Below, piece by piece: positions 45,167-53,606 of a stretch of DNA of 64,000 nt; within the stretch, counting starts at the first letter, position 1; each line of letters begins with the position of its first letter. A program made the position numbers and the translations under genes. Below the pieces are notes generated by a model. That model worked only from the letters and a program-made list of their open reading frames with translations, was not told the DNA's origin and made no database searches. Location: contig CAZMHO010000001.1 of NCBI GenBank assembly GCA_964566085.1, positions 3,887 to 67,886 of the forward strand. Reading direction: 5' to 3'. The DNA is from an uncultured Thermotogaceae bacterium (lineage in GTDB: Bacteria; Thermotogota; Thermotogae; MWEM01).

Positions 45167-47422
45167 TCACTGGACGATATGAATCTTCCAGTTCTCCGCT
45201 TCAGTTTGGTTTTCCGTTGTGCAGTTCTTCTCCGTTTGGGTTATCGTAAAGTAAGTCCGAAAGGACGTCGTCGCCCCGAATGAGGTTGCGGGGATGAGGC
45301 CGGTGCGGAATAAAACCTTTCCGTCGTACCGATAAACCTCCTCCAACGGATAGGATGTGGCGCCGGTCTGACCTTCTACGGTCACTTCGCCGATTAATAC
45401 CACACCCGGACGCCATTCTTCCACTTCCGATTCGATAATCACGTAATGAGTCGGGGAGATGTAAAGCTCATTGCCGGGGGGTACTTGAAGGAGGCCGTTT
45501 CCGCGGTGATCTGTAATGATCAGGTTTCTCCCTCTCATAATCGGTAAGAGAAACCCGTAGTTGAAATCGACCGGTTCTTCCTTTCCAAGAAGCAATACCC
45601 GAGCGCCTATCTGTTTAGAGGCGTCCGAAACCCGCACAGGAAGATAGCAGCGGATGGAACTTTCGTCTTCGAAACAGAGGCCGCCTTTTTCCGCTATCGT
45701 CTGCTCGGTCAAGTATTCTTCGCCGAGGACCATCCAAAAACGGTCGATCGCTTCCCGGTCGAGAAATCCAAAATTGATCGTTGCGCCAGAAGAATCCAAA
45801 GGTCTATCCGGCTGGTATGAGCCGTTTACGACGTTTCCGCCTCGATCCAACTTGAGCAACTGTTTGGCGGGGAGTTGATCGACGCTCATCAATCGGTTCA
45901 GAAATGCGGTCCAACCCGTTTCTTGCGCAAAAGCCAAGCGATCGTATTTATCTTTTCCGTAAACATTCCACAACCCGCCTTTTACCGAGAGCGGATACCA
46001 GAAGCTTAATCCTTTCATCTGAGCGGTATTCTTTTTTCCCATTTTCTTTCCATTTTCAAGGATATCTTCACAGAAACCGTAATGATCATTCCGAAGTACG
46101 GCTTCCCGTAATCGCTCCTCCGCTTCGCTGATGAACCCCAATAGCTGCTGAAGCATCGGCTCTTGAAGATCGTAGACGTACCCTTCTTCTCTGCTTTTGA
46201 CTTTATAGTTGTCGGTGAAGAGCGAACCGTTCAAACAGTTTTTCAAGACGGTCAACCAGGAATGTGCATCCTTGTAGTCACAGTAATCGAAGGCCAGCGT
46301 ATTCCAGTCCAGCGTAAAACCCAGGTCTTTTTTTACCGCTTCTTTCAAGAAAGCTTCGGTCAGGAGCAATGTAAGCTGATCGAAGACCTTCTTTAACGAT
46401 AGACTGAGAGACTCAAGCCGATACATTTCGATCACGGAACACCCCATCCCTTTTTGCTCCTGGATTAGGTCTTCCTCCATTCCCGCCATGGCGGCGCAGA
46501 AAAAGTCATAAGACTCTTCGGCAAAGGTCATGACATCCGGAGTGGGAAGGTTCTTCAGACACGAGAATAGCAGACCCAGTTCTGGGTAGCCGGTAGGGCT
46601 CAAGCCCTCGAATACGACAGCGGTGTCGAAATGGTCTTTCACTTGGAAGAGGTTTTCAAGCAACCCGCCGTAGGAGCCCGCAGACAGAAGCAAATCCATC
46701 TTTCTGCCTTCCAGCATCCCGTCGAATTCTAAAATAGAGGTCGTTTGGTCATAGAAAACATCTTCCGGATAAGTACCCCGGGCATCCAAGCGCCATCCGT
46801 GCGCGTCATCGATGAGGTATAAAACCATATTTTCGGACGGAAAGGCTTTCGAAGTAACTTCTAAAGCTTTTTTTACGCCTTCCGAAAAGTCAGGAGCGAA
46901 GGGACGATAGAAGGGGCGAACCGTATCTTCGGCAAGGTAATAACTCTCGAAATTTCCGGAGTCATTTTTTTGCATAAAGACCATCTCGATCGAATGGATC
47001 GGCGCGAAGTAAACGGCTAACTCCGCTTCCGTCATCGGATCGGAAAAAGAAAGCACGGTCAGATTCCAAGGCCGATCATCGAAGGGAACAACTTCCAGCG
47101 GAAGCTCCTTAAAGAAGCCGGCGTTGGCCGTAAACGTTCCTTCGTATGAGAAAGCGAGGTAATGAGGCTCAGCGTACTCGGCTTTTATTCCCCAGTCGCC
47201 GACCGACAACCCTTCCAGGCGAAAAAAACCCTCGCTATCCGTCAGCGACTCTTTGCGCACTTCCGGACTCGCGAGATTCCAAGCCGTTACGATGATATTC
47301 GGAACCGACTCTCCCAAGAGGCTAACTTTACCTTCTAAGGTGTAAAGAGAGATTACCGTACAATTTGTTAATGAAAACACGAACATCAGGACAAGGAAAA
47401 CTCCACCGATCAGTCTTTTCAT
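45167..47422 (-). CDS. Large lipoprotein (751 aa) with an N-terminal CarbopepD_reg-like domain and a possible clostripain (C11)-like peptidase core
   Basis: A lipobox (…FSLTNC), a GKVSLLG…SEGFFRLEGL beta-sandwich, and LYLIDDAHGW (His) and YDFFCAAMAG (Cys) resembling the C11 catalytic dyad contexts. The family assignment is tentative. Confidence 0.3.
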   Translation of the reverse strand: MKRLIGGVFLVLMFVFSLTNCTVISLYTLEGKVSLLGESVPNIIVTAWNLASPEVRKESLTDSEGFFRLEGLSVGDWGIKAEYAEPHYLAFSYEGTFTANAGFFKELPLEVVPFDDRPWNLTVLSFSDPMTEAELAVYFAPIHSIEMVFMQKNDSGNFESYYLAEDTVRPFYRPFAPDFSEGVKKALEVTSKAFPSENMVLYLIDDAHGWRLDARGTYPEDVFYDQTTSILEFDGMLEGRKMDLLLSAGSYGGLLENLFQVKDHFDTAVVFEGLSPTGYPELGLLFSCLKNLPTPDVMTFAEESYDFFCAAMAGMEEDLIQEQKGMGCSVIEMYRLESLSLSLKKVFDQLTLLLTEAFLKEAVKKDLGFTLDWNTLAFDYCDYKDAHSWLTVLKNCLNGSLFTDNYKVKSREEGYVYDLQEPMLQQLLGFISEAEERLREAVLRNDHYGFCEDILENGKKMGKKNTAQMKGLSFWYPLSVKGGLWNVYGKDKYDRLAFAQETGWTAFLNRLMSVDQLPAKQLLKLDRGGNVVNGSYQPDRPLDSSGATINFGFLDREAIDRFWMVLGEEYLTEQTIAEKGGLCFEDESSIRCYLPVRVSDASKQIGARVLLLGKEEPVDFNYGFLLPIMRGRNLIITDHRGNGLLQVPPGNELYISPTHYVIIESEVEEWRPGVVLIGEVTVEGQTGATSYPLEEVYRYDGKVLFRTGLIPATSFGATTSFRTYFTITQTEKNCTTENQTEAENWKIHIVQ

Positions 47423-47463
47423 TTTTTACCCCCCCACTTCATATACACAATCACATAGAAGAA

Positions 47464-48552
47464 TCAAAAAAATATAATTTTGTTGTGATCTCCGGCAATA
47501 ATCTGCATACCGCCGGCATCAGGATAAGTCGCGCTCCATTCAAAATCGCTACCGATAATACTCTCTTTCATTCTGACCGACAGATTGCTCAGACGCACTC
47601 TGTCCATGAGTATGCTGTTTTCTAGCTCGATATGTTCCAGCGCGCAGTCATTACCGATAGCGCAATAAGGTCCGACATAGACGTTTTGAAGTCGCGCGTT
47701 GTTTCCGATCACCGTCGGCCCTTCTATTCGGCAATTTGAAAAGGCGCAGTTCTCGCCCACGGAGACGTCTTCCCCTAAAAAGCTATGCTCAAGTTCTATC
47801 TGACCTGCTTTTTCTATGGGTTTGGAGGAGAGAATCCGGCGATTTGCGTCCAAAAGATCCGGCACTTTCCCGGTATCCTTCCACCAACCCTTTAGGAAAT
47901 GATAGTTCACGACATGCCCTTCCGTTATCAGCATGGATATGGCGTCGGTAATCTCGTATTCACCGCGCCAAGAGGGTTTTAACCGGCGGATGACATCAAA
48001 GACGTGCGAATCAAAAAAATACAAACCCAGCACGGCGTTGCGGCTTTCCGGTTCTTTCGGTTTCTCCACGAGGCGAACGATCCGCTCGTTTTGAAGCGTC
48101 GCGACTCCGAAAGCCCGCGGGTCTTCAACTTCCTTCAACAAGAGGGTAGCTTGCGCCTGCGTGCTTAAAAAAAGCGATTTCATCGTTTCGAGATTTTCCT
48201 CCAGCAGATTGTCGCCCAAGTATAGTAGAAACTTTTCACCTGCTGCCCAACCCTCGCAAAGGCTCAGGGCGTGGGCTATCCCTTTTGCGTTTTCCTGTAA
48301 AACATAGGTGATGCGCACTCCAAAGGCGCTCCCGTCTTTCAGCGTCTGTTCAAAAATATTCCGATTATAATGGTTGACGACCAAGCAAACCTCTTTGATG
48401 CCACCGCTTTTAACCGCGTCGATGACATAGGCGATGAGGATTCGGTTCGCCAGCGGGAGGAGCTGCTTCGGGCGACTAAAGGTGAACGGTTTCAACCGGG
48501 TGCCTTCCCCGCCACACAGAATGATCGCTTTCGTAAAACCCACTCCTTTCAC
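47464..48552 (-). CDS. Sugar-phosphate nucleotidyltransferase with a C-terminal left-handed beta-helix (bifunctional GlmU/RmlA-like)
   Basis: AIILCGGEGTRLKPFT…KQLLP (nucleotidyltransferase G-loop) and hexapeptide repeats at the C-terminus. Confidence 0.7.
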   Translation of the reverse strand: MKGVGFTKAIILCGGEGTRLKPFTFSRPKQLLPLANRILIAYVIDAVKSGGIKEVCLVVNHYNRNIFEQTLKDGSAFGVRITYVLQENAKGIAHALSLCEGWAAGEKFLLYLGDNLLEENLETMKSLFLSTQAQATLLLKEVEDPRAFGVATLQNERIVRLVEKPKEPESRNAVLGLYFFDSHVFDVIRRLKPSWRGEYEITDAISMLITEGHVVNYHFLKGWWKDTGKVPDLLDANRRILSSKPIEKAGQIELEHSFLGEDVSVGENCAFSNCRIEGPTVIGNNARLQNVYVGPYCAIGNDCALEHIELENSILMDRVRLSNLSVRMKESIIGSDFEWSATYPDAGGMQIIAGDHNKIIFF

Positions 48553-48567
48553 GAACGGCTGAATCGA

Positions 48568-49599
48568 TTATACCAATTCCGCGATTTTTTCGGCCAATCG
48601 ATAGGAAGGAAGGACATAATCGGAGTATCCTTCTTGGACCACGGACTTTGGCATACCGTACACGACACAGGTTTCTTCCGATTCGGCCACGACGACGCCT
48701 TTATAATGCTTAATTTTAAAGGACCCTTTTGTACCGTCTCTTCCCATACCGGTCATAACCACGCCGATCGTTTTCTCTTTGTAGAGCTCCGCCGCGTGCT
48801 CGAAGGTAAAGTCGGCCGCGGGTCTGACGCCGTTTATTTTCGGGCTTTGATCCAAAAAAACTCGGATTTCGCCAGATTCTGCGCGAAGCCCGAGGTGGTA
48901 GTCTCCCGGGGCAACGTAAACGGTTCCCTCTTTGATAACTTCTCCCGCTTTCGCCTCTTTAACCGTAATCTCGGAGATGCGATCCAATCGTTGGGCCAAT
49001 GACGCGGTGAATCCCGCCGGCATATGCTGCACGAGCAGCACCGGAGCCGGTAGGTTTTTTGGCAAGGCGGGAATCACTTGGTCCAACGACTTCGGCCCTC
49101 CGGTGGAAGAGGCGACGACGACTATCTTCCCTCTGGCCGTGAAGGATCGGGTTGATTTCTTAGCGACAGAAAGCGGGCGATACTGTATTCTTGACGGGTC
49201 TATCAACGCTGCCTCCCGAATTTTTGAAAGCAGGGCGTTGCCCATAATCCTAAAGTTTGTCGAGATCGAACCGGACGGTTTCGGGACAAAATCGACGGCG
49301 CCGTTCTGCAAGGCCTCGATGGTTATATTCGCGCCTTCTTGAGTCAGGCTGCTGACCATGATCACTCTCGTCTGTATTTTTTTCGTAATCAGTTTTAACG
49401 CTTCCAACCCGTTAAGTTTGGGCATCTCCACATCCATCGTGATCACGTCCGGTTTCAGTTGGACCGCTTTTTCGATGGCTTCCATTCCGTCACGGGCTTG
49501 GCTGATGATCTCAATGTCTCCTTGGCCTTCAAGGATATCCTTGATAACCATACGCATGAAAGCCGAATCATCACAGACGAGAACGCGAATTTTTCCCAT
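48568..49599 (-). CDS. cheB: Chemotaxis response regulator protein-glutamate methylesterase
   Basis: A REC domain (VLVCDDSAFMR…DVEMPKLNG) plus the CheB methylesterase catalytic region (…ASTGGP…HMPAGFT). Confidence 0.85.
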   Translation of the reverse strand: MGKIRVLVCDDSAFMRMVIKDILEGQGDIEIISQARDGMEAIEKAVQLKPDVITMDVEMPKLNGLEALKLITKKIQTRVIMVSSLTQEGANITIEALQNGAVDFVPKPSGSISTNFRIMGNALLSKIREAALIDPSRIQYRPLSVAKKSTRSFTARGKIVVVASSTGGPKSLDQVIPALPKNLPAPVLLVQHMPAGFTASLAQRLDRISEITVKEAKAGEVIKEGTVYVAPGDYHLGLRAESGEIRVFLDQSPKINGVRPAADFTFEHAAELYKEKTIGVVMTGMGRDGTKGSFKIKHYKGVVVAESEETCVVYGMPKSVVQEGYSDYVLPSYRLAEKIAELV

Positions 49600-50038
49600 G
49601 AGTCATCCCCTTTCCAATTAGGAGTAGTAGCGTAACCAGAAATAAGAAAAAGGCGAATAAGCCGATTAGGTCGGGAAGTTGAAACAAGTGCTTACCGAAG
49701 ATAACCAACCCGACGGAAACGGCGAATACGGCGGTCACTAGAACGATTCCCGCTGATAAATCCTTCGCTTTCTTTACTTCATCATGAAAAAACGGGTAAA
49801 ATAAATCCAATAAACTCTCGATCAAAGAGTTCAACATTTCGAAAACAATCACGAGAAAAACCGAGAACAACACCCACAGGGTCTCAAAGGTGCTGAGCGG
49901 TAGAATAAACGTCAAAAATAAAACCAAACCTCCCACAAAAAAATCGATCCGGAGGTTTTGCTGCTTCCTTAAGGCTTGAATAATACCGCTTAAGGCGTAA
50001 TAAAAACTCGAACCCAGTTTTATAAACGCGTTTTTCAT
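49571..50038 (-). CDS. dgkA: Diacylglycerol/undecaprenol kinase DgkA family
   Basis: Three TM helices, and E…N motifs VFEMLNSLIESLLD. Confidence 0.7.
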   Translation of the reverse strand: MKNAFIKLGSSFYYALSGIIQALRKQQNLRIDFFVGGLVLFLTFILPLSTFETLWVLFSVFLVIVFEMLNSLIESLLDLFYPFFHDEVKKAKDLSAGIVLVTAVFAVSVGLVIFGKHLFQLPDLIGLFAFFLFLVTLLLLIGKGMTHGKNSRSRL

Positions 50039-50101
50039 GGTTGTCTTACGGGTTTCTACGTGAAAAAGCTGTCGGGGACACCCGCCTGTATGCTACTCCG
50101 A

Positions 50102-50710
50102 TCATTCAAAGGACACTTTTGTGAATAGCTTTTCGTCCTTCAAAGAATACTCTTTGTCGCTTAGGGTTATACCGAACTCAATGGCTTGCATATTCATCTC
50201 GTAGTACTTTTTTGATACTTCCTCAGAGACGGTCTTTTGGAGGTTTTCTTTCGAAATGATCCCGGTGATCTTATAGATTAACCCTAAACCCGCGACGTTG
50301 GACACGACCGGCGTCCCGAACTTCTCGACGCACATCTGGGTGATCGGCAACGCAATCACCTTTCTGGTTAACCTTTTGATGAAATTCGGTATCTTTTTTA
50401 TCGTTGTCGTGTCACAGATTAATACGCCGTTTGGTTTGAGCAGATTTATGAAACTGTCGAGCGGTTTCTGATCCATCATATAAATCATGTTGAACGTATA
50501 GGCTTTTGGAAAATCAATCGGATCCTGCGCGAATAAAACGTCGCTGTAGGCGACTCCTCCGCGTACCTGCGCCCCGTAATGCTGTGATTGCACGACCCAT
50601 TTGCGGTCGTATGTCAGCGTCTTCGCCAACATCAACCCCATCTTGATATTGCCTTGCCCGCCGATTCCGCCGATACGGACCGATAAAGGTTTCGATTCAA
50701 TAGTATCCAT
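50102..50710 (-). CDS. 2-oxoacid:ferredoxin oxidoreductase gamma subunit
   Basis: IRIGGIGGQGNIKMGLMLAKT is the POR/KOR gamma (PF01558) signature. Confidence 0.8.
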   Translation of the reverse strand: MDTIESKPLSVRIGGIGGQGNIKMGLMLAKTLTYDRKWVVQSQHYGAQVRGGVAYSDVLFAQDPIDFPKAYTFNMIYMMDQKPLDSFINLLKPNGVLICDTTTIKKIPNFIKRLTRKVIALPITQMCVEKFGTPVVSNVAGLGLIYKITGIISKENLQKTVSEEVSKKYYEMNMQAIEFGITLSDKEYSLKDEKLFTKVSFE

Positions 50711-50729
50711 ATCTATTCACCGCCATCTC

Positions 50730-51617
50730 TTATGATTCTTGTGTGGACATCGCTTTTTGGACGATCTTTTGATATTCCGAGATATAGCCCGGTTTCTTTT
50801 GGTTGATGAACTCTCCGATGATGATCCGTCCCGGATTATTGCGTTGGGCTTCCTGTAACCGGACGATCGGGTCATTGAGGATGTTCTCTTCTTCGTTTTT
50901 TCCATTTTCGGAAACTTTCGGTTTCGGCAGATTGAAAGCCTTCTCTTTAAAGTATAGCATCATTTGAGGAGCGGTCCCGATACCGGCGTAACGGCCAAGA
51001 TAAGTCGGACACTGGGTTACCACTTCGATGAAAGAAAACCCCTCGTTTTCCAGGCCGTGTTTGATATAGGTTTGGGTCGGTAAAAAATGATAGGCTGTCG
51101 AGCGCGCGACATAAGAGGCGCCTGCGGCGATCGCCAGACGGGAAAGATCGAAAGAGTTTTCCATATTGCCGTAGGGTGAGGTCGTCGCATAGGATTGCTG
51201 GGGAGTGGTGGGCGAATATTGCCCCCCCGTCATCCCGTAGATGTTGTTATTGAAGCAAACCACTGTCAGATCAATATTCCGACGGGCCGCGTGAATGAAA
51301 TGATTGCCCCCGATAGCGGCAAGATCGCCATCTCCGGTGATGACGATCACTTTGATCTCCGGACGGGCCAGCTTAACACCCGATGCGAAAGCGACCGCTC
51401 TTCCGTGGAGCGTATGCAACGTGTTGAAGTTTAAATACCCTGTCGCTCGCGAAGAACAACCTATTCCGGATACCACGGCTACTTTATTCGGATCCAATTG
51501 AAGCTCGTCAATTGCGCCCACAATCGCTTTTAAAGCGATGCCGTTCCCACAACCGGGGCACCAAACATGAGGCAAGCGATCCGTACGCAAGTACTTGAGG
51601 TATTTTTCTAAGGACAT
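50730..51617 (-). CDS. 2-oxoacid:ferredoxin oxidoreductase beta subunit (TPP-binding)
   Basis: WCPGCGNG (Cys cluster) and GDGD…IGGNH (TPP-Mg motif); RBS GGAGGAAAAAT. Confidence 0.85.
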   Translation of the reverse strand: MSLEKYLKYLRTDRLPHVWCPGCGNGIALKAIVGAIDELQLDPNKVAVVSGIGCSSRATGYLNFNTLHTLHGRAVAFASGVKLARPEIKVIVITGDGDLAAIGGNHFIHAARRNIDLTVVCFNNNIYGMTGGQYSPTTPQQSYATTSPYGNMENSFDLSRLAIAAGASYVARSTAYHFLPTQTYIKHGLENEGFSFIEVVTQCPTYLGRYAGIGTAPQMMLYFKEKAFNLPKPKVSENGKNEEENILNDPIVRLQEAQRNNPGRIIIGEFINQKKPGYISEYQKIVQKAMSTQES

Positions 51618-51755
51618 ATTTTTCCTCCGGCTACTTTGATATTTATTAAAAAATTATACCACGAACGATGAAGAAAACAATCAATCACAATTTCGCGTTT
51701 TTTATGATATTATAGCCTGGGCGCTTGATTATACGTAAAATGGGGGAGTACGCGA

Positions 51756-53147
51756 ATGACATACGATCTAATCGTAATCGGTTCGGGACCGGCAGGGTAT
51801 GTGGGGGCGATTCGCGCCAAACAGCTGGGTCTGCAAACCGCTATCGTTGAAATGGATAAGCCGGGCGGCGTCTGCCTTAACGTCGGGTGCATTCCGACGA
51901 AAGCCCTTATTCATAAAGCCAAAGAGTTCCGGGCGGTCGAAAGCCTAAAAAAGCTTGGGATCCAGGTGGATATGGCTCAATTCGATTTTTCGGGAGTAAC
52001 CCAGTACGCGAAAACGGTATCGTCCAAACTTTCCAAAAGCGTCGGGTTCTTATTGAAAAAGGCCGGCGTGGACGTGATCTTGGGGACTGCCAAATTCTTG
52101 TCCCCGACAACCCTTGAAGTGGTCAGCGGGGAGGAAAAAGAAATCCTCGCGGGCAAGCATTTCCTTATCGCGACGGGTTCGAGGCCAAAAAACCTTCCCG
52201 ATCTTTCGATCGATGAAGAGAGTATTCTCTCTTCAACCGGCGCCTTATTTTTGAAGCGTCTACCGAAGGCGATCGCCATCATCGGAGCCGGCGCGATCGG
52301 GGTGGAGTTTGCCTATATCTACCGTTCCTTCGGTTCCGAGGTCTATGTGATCGAAGTGATGCCAAGAATCCTGCCTCTGGAAGACAGCGAAGCGGTTGAA
52401 ATCCTCACGAAACAGTATATTAAACAGGGCATTCGGGTGCTCACCTCGACGAAAGTTTTGTCGGCGGAGAAGGGGGCCGAAGGTGTCCGACTTCGTATCC
52501 AGAAATCGGATGGCGATCCAGAATCACTGATGGTCGACAAAGTCTTGTTGTCTGTCGGAAGAACGATCAATACGGACCATCTGGGTTTGGAGTCCATCCC
52601 GTTAACAACCGAGAGAGGCTTTCTGAGCGTCAACGCGCGCTATCAAACCGCCATGCCGCACATTTATGCGGCGGGAGACGTCATCCCGACGCCTTTGTTG
52701 GCACACGTCGCCTCAGAAGAGGCGATAATAGCCGTCGAGTCGATTGCGAACCCCCTGAAGGAACCGGAAGACTTCTCCGGTCTCATACCCTCTTGTATCT
52801 ATTCGGAACCGGAATTGGCGAGCTTCGGAGAGCAGGAAGCGCATTTGGTGAACACGAACCGGCTATTCAAAAAATCGGTCTTTCCTTACCGCGGGATCGG
52901 AAAATCAGTCGCGACAGACCAACCGGAAGGTTTCATCAAGTTGCTGAGCGATCCGGAAACCGAACGGGTTTTAGGCGTTACCATTGTTGGCGCGCAAGCT
53001 ACCGAACTGATCCACGAATGCATGTTGCTAAAAAAAACGGGGCAATCGATTCGGACGCTCGCGCACATGATTCACGCCCACCCCACGTTTTCCGAAGGGT
53101 TGATGGAGGTGGCAAAATTAGCGCTTGGAGAGTCGATCAATCTATAG
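51756..53147 (+). CDS. lpdA: Dihydrolipoyl dehydrogenase
   Basis: GSGPAGY…GGVCLNVGCIPTK (redox-active disulfide) and the C-terminal HAHPTFSE dimer-interface His. Confidence 0.9.
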   Translation: MTYDLIVIGSGPAGYVGAIRAKQLGLQTAIVEMDKPGGVCLNVGCIPTKALIHKAKEFRAVESLKKLGIQVDMAQFDFSGVTQYAKTVSSKLSKSVGFLLKKAGVDVILGTAKFLSPTTLEVVSGEEKEILAGKHFLIATGSRPKNLPDLSIDEESILSSTGALFLKRLPKAIAIIGAGAIGVEFAYIYRSFGSEVYVIEVMPRILPLEDSEAVEILTKQYIKQGIRVLTSTKVLSAEKGAEGVRLRIQKSDGDPESLMVDKVLLSVGRTINTDHLGLESIPLTTERGFLSVNARYQTAMPHIYAAGDVIPTPLLAHVASEEAIIAVESIANPLKEPEDFSGLIPSCIYSEPELASFGEQEAHLVNTNRLFKKSVFPYRGIGKSVATDQPEGFIKLLSDPETERVLGVTIVGAQATELIHECMLLKKTGQSIRTLAHMIHAHPTFSEGLMEVAKLALGESINL

Positions 53148-53164
53148 CGGTGCGGAAATGCCGG

Positions 53165-53548
53165 ATGCGTTTCTGGAGCCTTTTGCTTGTATTCTTTCTC
53201 TTGGCCGTTTTTGCCGGGGCATGGACAACGGACCTTAAAGAGATAAAAACGCGATACACTCAAGAACAGATTGTCGAGTCGTTTGAAAAGGCCCGGCGGC
53301 ACGAATGGCTTGAAGAGTATCAGGAGAAAGACAACGCAATCTACCTTCTTACGAGCAAATTCAAGTACCGGACCCGGCTTCTTGACGACCAAACCCTTGT
53401 CTTCGACCAAGTTCAAAGCCGTTACGACTATGATATGCAATTCCCTTTTTGGACGATCATACTCTTGTTCATCATATCGGGGGCGGTTTTGATACTCATT
53501 TTCTTCCTGCCTTCTGATTTCAAGTTTAGAAAGAGAAAATCGCGATGA
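53165..53548 (+). CDS. Small bitopic membrane protein (127 aa)
   Basis: An N-terminal signal/anchor (MRFWSLLLVFFLLAVFAGA), a C-terminal TM, and a basic tail (FRKRKSR). Lies directly upstream of the export-protein gene. Confidence 0.35.
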   Translation: MRFWSLLLVFFLLAVFAGAWTTDLKEIKTRYTQEQIVESFEKARRHEWLEEYQEKDNAIYLLTSKFKYRTRLLDDQTLVFDQVQSRYDYDMQFPFWTIILLFIISGAVLILIFFLPSDFKFRKRKSR

Positions 53549-53606
53549 ATCAGCAGTAAAACCGTAAGACAATCGAAAGCGATTCGTGATAAAAGAGGAG
53601 AACCTT

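Noticed and set aside
52793-53548. 251-aa ORF overlapping the 3' end of lpdA
   Set aside because: It runs out of frame through lpdA. Only its last 127 codons (from the ATG at 53165) make a coherent membrane protein with an upstream gene boundary, so the shorter CDS was called instead.
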